Shown piece by piece: positions 1 to 13,265 of a DNA stretch of 64,000 nucleotides. The position numbers were made by a program, and so were the translations under genes. The notes beneath the pieces are model-generated. The model had not been told where the DNA came from and searched no databases. It saw nothing but the letters and a program-made list of their open reading frames with translations. How positions within the stretch are numbered: the stretch's first letter is position 1; each line of letters opens with the position of its first letter. The DNA comes from the human T2T-CHM13v2.0 reference genome, Homo sapiens: the NCBI RefSeq assembly GCF_009914755.1, contig NC_060947.1. One strand, given 5' to 3'.

Positions 1-124
1 AGCCAAATTAGAAGCACAGATTTTGTAGGTAGTTTTACATCAGATTCGGATTCATCTACATTTCTTTCTTGTTTGTGTATGTGTCTGTTTGTGTGGATTT
101 TTGTTTTGTTGCTTTACATTTTAG

Positions 125-270
125 AATTCTTAAGGAGCATCTTGGGGAACAGGAAGTTTCCATCTCATTAATTGTGGACTCTGTGGAAGAAGGTGACTTG
201 GGAAATTACTCCTGTTATGTTGAAAATGGAAATGGACGTCGACACGCCAGCGTTCTCCTTCATAAACGAG
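125..270 (+). CDS. IL1RAPL1: IL1RAPL1 internal coding exon (exon 8; end of third Ig domain, [48 protein letters not shown])
   Basis: Acceptor tttAG at 123-124, donor G|GTGAGT at 270/271, 146 nt; Ig DxGxYxC motif (DLGNYSC); splices in frame to 21832 (G|AG = Glu). Confidence 0.96.
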
Positions 271-424
271 GTGAGTGTAACCTTCTAAGCTTCGGTGGTC
301 AACTGAATGTATGATGGGAGAAAAAATCATTGGGAACCAAGAAACAAATTTAGTTTTGTTTTTCTCCACAAAGTTCTCCTAAATAAAATAATCATATTTG
401 CATTAGAGCCACCGAGGCAAACAG

Positions 425-1041
<617 letters not shown>

Positions 1042-1834
1042 TTAAGTCAAAGATTGTATTTCTTACTGGAAGATTGCTCCTTTAGTGTAAGAACTGTCTG
1101 GTGAATTCCCCACTGCAGTATTTTTTGACATATTGTTTCTGCCTTGGATAACTTTCATTTGTACAATAGTCTCCAATGATGAATAATAATGCATTTTTAA
1201 GTAAGATAAGCTGTGGTTAAGTGCAATGTCTGTTGTGCTAACTCTGCCTCTACAGCACCCCATCACCTTTTGCATAGGGTTAAGTGCATTTAAATGTATA
1301 TTGAATTGTTTGAAATAAGTGACAACTGTAAAATGTGAGCCATTCCTGTTAGTAAAATTGTTTGTGTATATTACAAGAGAAAAATAATTTTTCTACATTA
1401 TGCTAAGTTAAAACTTTCTACTCTTTGGAACAAGCACACTTGATGTTCTCTTACTCAGCAAATTTACAACGATTTTAATTTCAAAGCCCGTGTTTAATCC
1501 TAGACTCTTTGAGGTTTGAAAAGAAAGAGAACATTGAAGGCTGTTCCCCCTTCTTTATTGGGCAATAGATTCCCTTTGAATAATATTACTGAATGCTGTT
1601 AAAATAGACACCTCTGTTGTCAAGGTGACTATGGTACTAAAATAGTCTACCTTTTAGGGATGTGAGTCAAGGAGAAAGGTATGCAGCAGCTAACAATATG
1701 ATTGTATCTTTCTATAGTTTAGTATATAGCCAATCAAGGAAGAGATTTTAGTAGAAATATCATACATATACAAGGACAGAAGTAGCTTCTCATAGTTAAA
1801 AGCAACTTAAGTGTTGTGTAATTGAACTTCTTAT

Positions 1835-2140
1835 CCTGCCATAACATCTTCTGAAGTGATCTATCAGCTTATACTGGATCACATTCCCTTCTCAAGGAAG
1901 TCCATTTTATCTTTGGAAAAATCCGTTAGAAAGCATTTCACTTTCACTGTCTATCCATTGGCCCTAGTTCTGTACTTTTAATCACTCTTCCCCAAGACAG
2001 CCCTTCAAGTGTTTGATGACAGTCACCATGAGTCTCTGAACCTTTACTTCACTAGATTCAGCCTCTTTAGCTTCTTTTACTCATTCTTCATTTGTATTAG
2101 CGAAATACTTTTACCATTCTGGTCACTCTCTTGAATCTGC
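1835..2140 (-). mobile_element. L3/CR1 LINE fragment (ancient)
   Basis: acagcccttcaagtgtttgatgacagtcaccatg...ccattctggtcactctc resembles antisense L3 consensus. Confidence 0.6.
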
Positions 2141-4131
2141 TTTAATTAAAGAGTTTGAATTAGTCCTCAAAAATGGAGTTAGGGGAGAGAAGATATAGGG
2201 CACATAAAAATGTGTTGACTTGAACAACATATTTTGGGGGGGGACAAGGGAGGGGTGACAGTTAAGTAGGAATCAAAGGAGAAGGGGAGGAAAATGAATT
2301 ATATCTAAGGATAAAGCTATTAAAGCTCTGTTTTTACAGAGAGGCACACAGCCAAGAAGGGGTCAAAAAACCTCCAGGCTAAGTTGCCCAAAGCTATGAA
2401 ACCTTCCATTTCTAGAAAAATAAATGAAGAATGAAGAAAATTATTTGAAATTTTTTCCAGTAATATTTGATTTCCTAAACATGAAAAAAATGTGGTCAAT
2501 GTTAGAGTATTCTTCAGTACTTAAGTCTTTTAGTATGTTTTTCAAATATGCGTTTATACCAACGGCATTTTATTCTTGATAAATAAAAGCATTAACAAGC
2601 CAAAAAAAGGTCCTTCCAAGACATGTACTCCAAAAGTCCCTCTTAAAGTGAATGTATGCCTTCCTTTTAAGGGAGCTGCAGCAAATGAGTCATCAATTCA
2701 CAAAGACACCAATGGATGCAATTTCCTGCTCTTGAGGGACTCATGATTATATGGAATGATCTATCCCACCCATCTTGGGGGGATAAAAAGGACTTTCGTT
2801 CACATATGACATGACCTGAACTTTACCAGCCCTGCAAGGTTCAGGAGAACAGCACACAGCATATATGAAATTATAGGTTTGGGTCTTTGATCATTGAGTC
2901 TCTAAAAAGTCAAATGTCTGTCATGCTAACAATTATGTAATTATCAGGTGAGTTGCTATATTACTCAGAATACTAAGGCTTAGATAAGGAACTGGAAGCT
3001 TTCACTATTAATTGTATTTTTCTGCCACTTACTCATAAATTCCTTAACTTATAAGCCTTCACAGTCTTCCCTTTTAAAACCTCCCTAGAGAGACATGTTC
3101 AAACATTTGTTGAATACTGATCTTGTATACCACAAGCTGTCATTGCTTCTGACAGGTAAACCTTCCAGGACATTCCTTTGCCAAAATTATCTAAGCAATT
3201 TTTCCTTCACTGTTACCTTTTGTTCATTATCATTGACATAATAAAATGATTTCAGAGCCCTCCAATGGGTGGTATGGATTCTTTGAAACATTGCTTCCTT
3301 GTATCAAATGTGTCTTCCTTAATGCCAAGGGGATACTATAATAAATAATTCAGCTACATTTGAGCTAGGCTATGTTCTGGGTCAGCCTTTTATCTGCGTA
3401 AAAGAATCATAATTCCATGAAAGCCTGCAGAAAATCTACCAAGAAATTTGACCATAGAAAAATCTTGCTCGAGAATATCCAAAGTTGCCAATTCCTGCAG
3501 CCAGAAAAGGTATTAGGTTCATCAGAATCTCATCAGACATGCAATATAGATATATTTCACTTACTATACAGAGCACTAGAATATGCAGCAAGAGAAAGAC
3601 AGAGAATGAAACGGCAAGGCCCATGGGCCATATTGGTTTATGACTGCCCTGCTCCTTACTCTTCACTCCTGCCAGAAGCTTCTATTCAATCCTCTTTGCC
3701 AGACTCTGGCCTGGCAAGCTTGAGCATTAGATCCTGGCTTCAAAAATAATAATCAAAGTAAAGCGCTGACAAATTAGATATTGGGTTATTTCTTGTTCTT
3801 GTTATTGCTCATACTTGATTGAATTCCACATCTGAGTCTTTGAATCTTTTACCCAGATACACTTGCTACTGCCTGTCCAACACACACTGAACACTGACCT
3901 TCAGTTCTCCTCCAAAGCTCTGATCTGTCCTATTCTCTCCATTTTTTACATTTTCCATTTCTCTGACACAAACAATAGTCCAGGTAGATACCTAGAAGTA
4001 TTGTGCTCTGACCTCAGGCCTAGACACTCTTGTACCCATCAAGCTGTCTCAGATTCCTTCTTCACTCTCTGTGCCTTCTGTCTATACTCTCATTTTGAAT
4101 GACCTCACAGTGTAGACATGTTTATTATCTT

Positions 4132-4378
4132 AATGGTTAAGAGCATGGACTTAGGAGTAGGGCTGGCTGTGTTCAAAACCCAACTCTGTTCTTACTAGCT
4201 GTGCTATCTGGGGCAAATTACTTAATCACTTTGAGCCTCAAATTTCTCTTCTATAAAATGGGAATAATAATAAGACCTCTCACATAGAGCAGCTGTGAGG
4301 ATTCAATGAACTCGTATGTGTAAATACTTATCACAGTGTCTGACACATACTTAGCACCCAAAAAATGTTAAGCTATTA
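4132..4378 (+). mobile_element. MIR SINE, near full length
   Basis: tggttaagagcatggac...gggcaaattacttaatcactttgagcctcaaatttctcttctataaaatgggaataataa...gtgaggattcaatga. Confidence 0.9.
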
Positions 4379-5585
4379 CAAGATTTCCTTGCTCTAACTA
4401 TGTGATACTCTGGCTAATGAAGGATGCAGCAATTGTGTGTTCCATTAAAAATTCCCTGAATTCTAATTCATCTTTCATTAAAATCATCAGCTTTAGCTCC
4501 AGCAATTTTGTTCTGTCAATTCTGAATTTGACTTTATAATAGATATACTGTGGTTTGAATGTACTGTCCTAAAGGATAATTTTGTTTATTTATTCATGCA
4601 TTTAATGATGACTAAGAACCTACTATGTGCCTGGCATTTGTGCTGGCCAAAGTTACAGGCATGAAAATTAAAATTAAATGAACAGGAAATAAGGACTAAT
4701 ATAATTTGGAATGCCATCCACTACTTTTTAAATTACAGTGATATTAAACATTCCTAATGTATGATTGTGCTTCCTAGTGAATGTTTCACTTTGAAACTGT
4801 CACATTGGGGATGTTCATTAGCAATCTTACTCTGAAGGGTTGTTTCCTTATATGGATTACAAAAATATGGCAATTCATTAATCAAAATTTAGTTTGGGAA
4901 CTGGCAAAGTATCTATCTGAGAGACTCAGCACTAGTTAATAATGATAAACATCTAGGTTTTCTTTATTTCCCATCTAACCCATTTTACTTCTTGTGTGCA
5001 CTCTCTTTATCCCTTCAAAGAATGTAATCGATAGAAATTAGACCTGCTCAATAAACTCCCTAGACCTAAAAGTATCTTTAGTAATGTAATTAAGTGCACA
5101 TCATTTAGGATGCATTGTTTTAAAGCCAGATGAATTTAAACCCAGTGGACTCCTTTAACCCTTCTTGTAACGAATCATCCTTGTAATATGTGCCCCATCC
5201 TTGTTAGTATTTGCCTAGTGAATTTATTTACTGAGAGTTACAGTAAGGTCATAAAACGGTGCAAACTTCTTTTGGGGCTGGCCATTTGACGTCTTTGACC
5301 ATTGATTTCAGAATATGTTAAAGCCAAACTTCGTTCAGAAATCAAAACCTCCTACCTCTCTTTATGGCAGCATTTCCCTAGAAAGACAATGACCCATTAA
5401 AAGCTGAGCTAATGTCAATGAAATGGATACTTTTACTGAGTCTTAGCTTATGCAGTGCCAAAATATTAAGGAATTTTAGTAATGTTGCTGCAGCATCTCC
5501 AAATAAAAGTCAACAAGTTTAACAAATTCTCTCCTTGGATAAGATTTGACATTTTATAGTCAAAATTTTCTTCTGTCCCGTAACT

Positions 5586-5632
<47 letters not shown>

Positions 5633-5640
5633 GGGGGGGG
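5586..5640 (+). repeat. Poly(T) tract (~42 nt) followed by a G9 run
   Basis: Directly visible. Confidence 0.95.
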
Positions 5641-5712
5641 CTTCTCTGCTCATTTGTATAAGACGTCTAATAGCACAAATTATCCAATACTAATGATTTT
5701 GTACCTCTGCAC

Positions 5713-6022
5713 TTCTTTTATTATTTATGTTTATTTTTACAGACAAGGCCTCATTCTGTTGCCCAGGCTAGAGTGCAGTGGTGTAATCATGGCTCACCGC
5801 AACCTCGAATTCCTGGGTTCAAGCAATCCTCTGGCCTCAGCCTCCCTTGTGGCTAGGACTACAGGTGCATGCCACTACACCTGGCTATTTAAAAAAAAAA
5901 AATTGTAGAGACAGGGTCTCCCTATGTTTCCCAGGCTGGTCTTGAACTCCTCGGCTTAAGCGATCCTCCTGTCTCAGTCTCCCAAAGTGGTGGGATTACA
6001 GGCATGAGCCACTGTGCCCAAC
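5713..6022 (-). mobile_element. Alu (J-type), antisense
   Basis: Diverged reverse-complement Alu with J-like features (atcatggctcac, ctccctatgtttcccagg). Confidence 0.92.
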
Positions 6023-6196
6023 TCCCTGTGTGCTTCTTGATACGGATATTCCAACAAGGCTATTGATTGCCACCAAAGTTGCAGACATGACTATTAACCA
6101 CTTGAGCTATTTCCTTAGACTTAGAATATATTATTTAAATGAGATTAATCCCAAGTTAGTTATTTTTTTGCCTCAACCGTGAAATGTTTTGAAGGC

Positions 6197-6300
6197 TTTT
6201 TTTTTTTTTGAGACGGAGTCTCGCTCTATCGCACAGGCTGGAGTGCAGTGGTGTGATCTCAGCTCACTGCAACCTCCACCTCCTGAGTTCAAGCAATTCT
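6197..6300 (-). mobile_element. 5'-truncated Alu (3' ~90 nt of right arm) with target-site duplication
   Basis: T-tail then gagacggagtctcgc...ttcaagcaattct; flanked by ttgaaggc(c)tttt at 6189-6200 and 6302-6314. Confidence 0.9.
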
Positions 6301-6811
6301 GTTGAAGGCCTTTTGATCCTAGTTTTTGCTAATCAGTTTTAATATGGAAGTATGTCATGTAACATTGTTTGGCCTCTTAGCCATTTTGGTCACACAGTTT
6401 TCTTCTCTATGAATGAGAATAACCAAGTAGCATCATTGTTAGAAAAGAAAAGGACCATTGTCTGCTGATGATTAACTTTTTTCTCAATTAATAAATGACA
6501 AGAGGGTGATCCTGGACAAAACCAATGTCGAGGGCCAAGAATAATAAACTCTTTAGTCTTTAATCATGCCTGTTGATCATTCATGTGGGCCAAAGCTCTT
6601 AAATATTTAATTATACATGGTTATAGTCACTGGAAGTCCTTTTTTGCTTTATTGAGTTTTACACTTGTTTTCTTAACTAAATGTTCAATTCTTGATACAG
6701 ATCTTTAACTAGTATTTCTCTCTTACATGCTTCAAAGTACCAAACCTACTTAGTAAATGTGATGAATGGGCTGATTAAGTGTATTCTGAGTGATCTAAAC
6801 TTTGTCTATAG

Positions 6812-7026
6812 CAGGATTTCTCAATCTTGTCACTACTGACATTTTGGGCTTGATAATTCTTTGTCGTTGTGGGGGCTGTCCTGTGCATTGTAGACCGTTT
6901 AGCAGTACTCCTAGCCTCTGCCCACTACATGTCAATACAACCTTCCTCAGTTATGAAAATCAGAAATGTCTCCAGACATTGCCAGATGTCCCCAGGGGTC
7001 AAAATTGCTCCTGGTGACAAGCACTG
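6812..7026 (-). mobile_element. MER20 (hAT-Charlie DNA transposon), full length
   Basis: caggatttctcaatcttgtcactactgacattttggg...tgtctccagacattgccagatgtcccc...cactg; degenerate 8-bp TSD gtctatag/ctctacag. Confidence 0.9.
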
Positions 7027-7263
7027 CTCTACAGTATAGATATAAAAAACTCAGTCTTCCTGGAAATGATTTCAACACTTAAGCTGCTCAATGTAGGGAA
7101 ATTCAAAATAGAAGGACAAGTATTTTAATCTTGAAAACCTTCCAAGATTATACCAAATGTGACTAGAAGGTCAACAGAATGGCTGTTCTTACACCATAGG
7201 AATTGACAAAAGTTAGGTTTCTTCTATTTCCATGCTTAGAGAGTCAGCTAAAAGCCCCTAGAC

Positions 7264-7420
7264 CAGTGCTTCACAAACTTTACAGTATGCACAAATCACC
7301 TGGGAACTTTGTTAAAAAGCAATTCATTAGCCTGGGGTAGGACTCAAGATTCCAATTTCAATCGAGTTCCTTATTGGTGTTGCCACTATTGGTCTGTGGA
7401 CCGCAGCTGGCATACCAAAG
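7264..7420. mobile_element. MER5A-like hAT MITE
   Basis: cagtgcttcacaaacttt...aatcacctgggaactttgttaaaa...ggtctgtggacc. Confidence 0.75.
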
Positions 7421-8069
7421 CCCTTGCCTAGACAATAGATCTTTCTAATTAGCTTGGTAGCCTCTAATAGGTAAAGAGAAACTAGTTATCTTGAGCTCAC
7501 TGTCTCCATGAGAAAGGAACCAAAGCTGAGTAGAGCCAGTCAGTAGGACTGTTTTTAATTAATTGCCTCATTCTTTTTACATGGTCAACACCTTTGAACC
7601 TATTTGAACAGTGGTTCATTGCCCTCACACTCTACTCTTAATGAGGTTACTTGTTTCACCTATTCAATGAATTGTGCTATATAACATACTTGCTACTCAG
7701 AGAGATGTCTGACAGGGCATTTTCTTCAAGTATTCAAATAATTAACCTCTTAAATGAAGAGGGCCCTCACTGTTGGACCCATTTCCTATTTATCTCATTT
7801 TTTAAAAAGGAAATAAACTTAGGAATGTCTCAACGACATATATATGGATATACACATATGTTTTAGCCTATGCAAATAGGTTGAATCTCAGCCTATGCAA
7901 ATAACATATGGAGGAACACGATGTATGGTGAACACGAAATACTGCTGATTTTCTGTTTTGAACACTTACTTGTATTCAGCTAACTCTCAATTAAGTGTGG
8001 TAAGAAAGGATGGAAATGGTATGGAAATTGAACTGCCACATATTATTGGTCAATGATATGCTTCAAAAG

Positions 8070-8146
8070 CAGGAGGGAGGGAGGGAGGGAGGGAGAGAAG
8101 GGAAGAGAAGGGAAGGGAGGGAAGGAAGGAGAGGAAAGAAGGAAAG
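8070..8146 (+). repeat. Purine-rich (GGGA)n/(GGAA)n simple repeat
   Basis: Directly visible; includes five GGG runs with 1-nt spacers. Confidence 0.9.
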
Positions 8147-8265
8147 ACCATAGACCATAGCAACACAGACTGGTTAAAACCATCTCTCCGAGTTCAAAAG
8201 TTTAATTCATTTTAAAAGGCATCTGTCTAGCATCTAACAGAGGCTATAAAACACAAGTATTTTTA

Positions 8266-8370
8266 CAGCTGAAGCAACTAAACTAGTGTGTGTATAGTCA
8301 ACAGTACACAATGTATTTGAATACTGCCAATTTTTATGTGACCACTGAGCTGCCAGTGGCAGCAGTCTAC
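8266..8370 (+). repeat. Inverted repeat arm 1 (pairs with 10168-10272)
   Basis: 88/105 identical, ungapped, to the reverse complement of 10168-10272 (hand alignment). Confidence 0.93.
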
Positions 8371-9479
8371 TCAAGTGAGGGCAGAAGGAATCCACTGGAA
8401 CTCATATCGATGTATTAGAAAATGATAAACAGGCAGTGTAGAAAAAATAATTAAGTTTAAAACATTTGCAGGAAGCCCACAGAAATTATCTAGCACACAG
8501 CAAAATTCCACTTGTGTAATCAGAGATTCCAAACAAGATAGTATATTCCTAGCCACCACCTACCAACAACCAACCCCTCACTCCTCCTTCTCAGAACCAC
8601 CTTCATATTTTCATTATTTCTGGGTCAAAACAACCTGTTGATTGACAATACTTCATAATCCCACTACAAATCTCACTTCACTGCAGGCTGCTTAAAAGAG
8701 ATAATTCATATAATGCTGTTGTTTGAAAAAGCGACAAATCATTCTAATTCAACAAATATGTATTGAGTGCCAGCTATGGGCAAAGCACTGGGTTAGGCAT
8801 CCTTACTAGTGGACTGACTGACCGCTGCCAGAAGGATATCTACCACCATCCTGGAGCATTAAAACAGCATTTTTGGGAAGAGGGAGATAGCTGTGCATTT
8901 TTATGGCTGCAAATTCCTGCATTTGGTAGAGAAATGGCACAACTGGGTCATAAAATGCAAGGTATAACTTTTAATAAGTAGTTCCTGTACGTTGAACTTT
9001 TGACAACCAGGTCAGTAAAGTGAGAAATTAGACATGACGCATACAAAAATGCTAACTACTATCTCGGGTCATATAGTAGGGAGAAAACGTGTTGATTTCC
9101 AGTAAATTACCATGGTAACTTGTATAGATTTTAGTGTTGAGAATTACATTTGCCATCTGTGGGAAATATATTATCTTTTTGTATCTAATTTTAGGGCATG
9201 TGTTCTATTTTTAGCATGTGTTCTATGAAAAATAATAAATTGGGAGGCCAATTTGGATAAATTAAAAGTGGATATTAAAATGCTATAAAAATAGAATTTA
9301 TTTTTAATTCAAAAAGAAAATCCAGTAGTACATTTAGGAAAGCACACAAAGGTCATTTTTAAAACCACCTCAAAATTGTTACCATTAAGCGAAATTTGAT
9401 ATGAATGAGAATTGACTAAAAAGTGAGAAATTCTGAACTGTGATAAAAAAAAATGGACAGTTACCTGAGAGTATTTTGC

Positions 9480-9600
9480 TTTTGACTCTTTAGCTTTGTG
9501 TGACCTAGAGCCAATCTCTTTGTGTCATTGTTCTTCAGTTTTATCATTTGTAAACTAATTGCCCCTAGCCGCACTGTGGGAATCTTGAAAGAGCATATAT
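9480..9600 (+). mobile_element. Degenerate MIR core
   Basis: tagctttgtgtgacctagagccaatctctt...cttcagttttatcatttgtaaa. Confidence 0.55.
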
Positions 9601-10167
9601 GATACTGGGTGACTAATAATATACATTAGACCATTTGTCAGATTTTACAGATTCTCTGAGTTTTTACACATTGTGCCTCAATTTTGCCAATTTTGAAAGT
9701 GAGATATGGTGGTTGCTCTTCCTAGGGATTTTCTTATGCCTTAAGTGTTTGAAAAGTTGACTCAGATCTTTAGATGGCAAGTTTCTGTAACTGCAAAGTA
9801 GAAATTACAATTCCTTACGACATGCAACTGCAGTTCAAAGTACCGACTTACAATGGTTGCCAAATTCATGCAAACTAAAGTGGAAGAGGCCATTTTCAAA
9901 GCCTGAAAGTATTAAATATAAATTACCTGACTTAAATCAGCTTAGAATTATAATTCTACTCTGTATGTGATGTAAAATGAATTTGACTTAAAAATTTATT
10001 TATACCACCTCACAATTTCAAGGTAATGACTCACAACTGCTTGGGTCCATTTCTAATTCTCCCCAAACAAATATGTCTGTAACATTTAAATACCTTAATG
10101 TTGAAAGCAACTTAAAGAAATACATTAAAGATACCGCAATAAAATTCTATTTAGTTAGGCTTCTTCG

Positions 10168-10272
10168 GTAGACTGCTACCACTGGCAATTCAGCAGTCAC
10201 ATAAAAGTTGGCAGTATTAAAATACATTTTCTTCTGTGGGCTGTTCACATACTAGTTTAGTTTCTTCATCTG
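10168..10272 (-). repeat. Inverted repeat arm 2 (pairs with 8266-8370)
   Basis: gtagactgctaccactggcaattcagcagtcacataaaagttggcagtatt...actagtttagtttcttcatctg is the reverse complement of arm 1. Confidence 0.93.
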
Positions 10273-10714
10273 AAAAACAATGCAATTAGTCAAAATGAAA
10301 TTTGAAATTTTTACCTCCTCTAAAATCAGATGATTGACTCCACGTTTTATGTGAATATTCATAAACTGTTGCCAAAACTGATTATTATTTATGAAGAGAA
10401 AAGCTCCACAGTGGTGTTTAAAAAATTCCTGTTAGACTTGCATTGCTGAACCAGGCATCTTTAAATGATAGTTGCATAAACAGATAGGCAAATAAATAAA
10501 TAATTAGGCTAAAGTGGTTACCAAGAGAACTCTTAGCAGAACATAGCTTGCAAACCACACTGGACAAATTCCATTCCAAACTGTCCAGAATAAAAGGCAA
10601 AATATAAGCTATTTTGTAGTACTAGTATTTAAAGCCATAGATCAATTACCTATGTTAAGGCTACATGAAAACCTAATACATTAGAAAGAGATGCATTAAA
10701 TAATTTAGTGAAGT

Positions 10715-10830
10715 ATTAACAGTGGTTACCTCGAGGTGGCATGATTCCATGTGATCTTTAATTTCTTATCATCCTTATGCATTTTTCAAATTCTTTACTA
10801 AAAGCATGTTTTATAGAGTCAGAAGAAAAG
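10715..10830 (+). mobile_element. Old L1 (L1ME-like) 3' fragment
   Basis: ttaacagtggttacctc...atttttcaaattctttactaaaagcatg. Confidence 0.5.
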
Positions 10831-13265
10831 TGAGAAAATAAATCTATTTTGGTATAGCTACTGAATATTTTTGAAAATGCTTATAGGAAACCTATCATTA
10901 CTCTCTGCTATAAAATCAAGTTATTTACACATTTTTCAAGTATATTGAAATCTATTTGCTTGAATATGTACTCTTGCTCCCACTTTGTCTATTTTATAAA
11001 AAAACATTTTAGGGGACACCTTACTTCTACATTATTTTCTCAAGCCACTGCTAGTTTTCATATGCTGAAAATCAATACATACAGTGGGATGATAAGGTAA
11101 TGCTCTATTCTTTGTGAAGCAGAGCTATGTTATGCTATTTTGGTAAAAGATAATTCATTATTGAGGACAAGCCCTTCATGTATACCAGTACAGAGGCCAC
11201 TAAACTATGTGAGCCACAGACTTCTTCTCAAGTTTGTCATGGTTTAAGGAACCATTTACTGCTCCCTTTGGATGAGGCAAGTAATGGTAGGGTCTCCTAT
11301 TGGTAGCTCCCAAAACATGCTCATTTTTTCATAGATTGTTAATGGGGAGGGGGGATTTTTTTTTTAAAGGTTAACAGAGTCTTGAAAGCATCTCTTTACA
11401 AAATGAGAAAGAAAGGCAAATTTACCACTATTTTCCTCAGCATGTTTATGAATTCAGAAGTGTTCATAAACATTCAACATAGAGAATAAATATATTTTTC
11501 TGTTATTCCCACTGGGGGAAATGAACCAACATATGATTTTTGCTTTAATGCTTTGTAACTCTGGAATCACCAAGATTTTGCATGAAACTTGTCTCAAGAG
11601 ATAAACTATTACCAACAAATTTTGCCACACACATTTTCTTCTAATGCTTTCAGTAAGTCAGAAATCCATTAAACCCCTAAAGAAACAATATTAAAATAAT
11701 AACATAAAATTCTGAAGTTTATTAATGTATCCCATTTGTATATTGCAATACAATCAGTTTATATGTGTGTACAATATTTTCTAAATGTAGTTCCATCAAT
11801 TAAATATACTATAAATCATCATACTATATTTGTTTAGAAGAGTTCAATATTTCTGTAGAAAACATGGCTTCTTCTATTGGTTATCTAGGCAGTCCAGATG
11901 TTCTGGGTTCTTTGGCCAATCCAAAGCATTCCCAATGGAAGACCAAATTGTTCTAACTATGACAATATACCCTCTTGAGGAAAATTGCTTTCAGGATAAA
12001 CATCACATCCCTTAACAAGGAGTAAAATGGCAATGCCACCTTCACTCTGACAGTTTTCTCTCAAGAGATGTTTTGTAACATTCCATCTGTGCCTGTCTGT
12101 TTGTATGACATGTTAAGAAGGAAATTCCTAGTAGAGGGAAAGCAATACTTTTCTAAGGTATTTTCTTTTAGGCATCAGTGAAGTTTGACACCTTGATATA
12201 CAATAGCCCTGTCTTCTAAGCTGGTCACCTGAGGCCCTTTTTGTTTGTTATTATAACAGTATCTTCCTTCTTTGTCTGTCTTCTCCCCATCATACTTAAT
12301 CTTATGAGATCTGAGATAAAGGAAGCCCCATCTGAATACTTTGTACCTGTATGTGTGTGCAAACACACATAATGGTCTGTGTACATCTCACATTATAGTC
12401 TTTAGATAGAAATATTTCAAACACTGCCTTTATAATCTAAAGGGGAAAGGTTTTCTGCAATAAAGCTCTGTCTGTGTTAGTAACTTCACAGTATACATTT
12501 TGAAAATATATGGCAATTTTTCCCAAGGGAGAATCATTGTCCTATTGTACTGACCTAACTTTGCGAAACCTGGTTTAATGGGTTCCATGAATCCGCAAAC
12601 AAATATTTATTGAAAAGGTACATGCTATTTGCTTTGAAAATAAAAAAAGATAACATATTCTAGCTGAGAAATCAAAGCATGAGTTTGCCTACCTTCACCT
12701 ATCACATCACACATTCATTTTCCCAGTGCTCCAGACCAAACTACTTGCCAAAATCCTTTGCAGCTACCTTTGCATTGTGTCATTCTGTGTCTGACCCCTG
12801 TCTCTAAAATACTCCTACAGAAACACACACACATACAAATACCCCAACTGAATTTCTCATCTGGCTTATAATTGTGATACTTATAATGTAGCATTTCTTA
12901 TATAAAAGGGGTCTAGCACAGTGACACTTAAGTGCTCAATAAATATCAGCTCTTATTATTATTATTTATTATTATCTGCTTACATGTCTGACTCTGAAAC
13001 TAGACATGAGCACCTTTAACGCAAAAACATATTTCATCCATCACTTTCACTTTATCACTAGAACTCAAAAGCACTGTACCTGGTACAGAGAAGGCACTTA
13101 TAAAACAAATAGAAAATGTATGTATTAGTAAGAAAATTTGAATAGCAGTATCAAAGATGTGAAGCAGTACATGATTGATTTCCAAATGTCAAGTGAATAC
13201 AAACATTCTTAGTTCTGTAAGTCTATACAAGACTGTATTGTCATTAGCTTTGTGAATGAAAAAAA

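Noticed and set aside
3417-3749. 110-aa ORF and similar intronic ORFs (21061, 28094, 48170)
   Set aside because: No recognisable domain or splice context; expected by chance.
8661-9712. Short complementarity 8661-8680 with 9694-9712 nested inside the inverted repeat
   Set aside because: About 15/20 with gaps and no extension; chance level.
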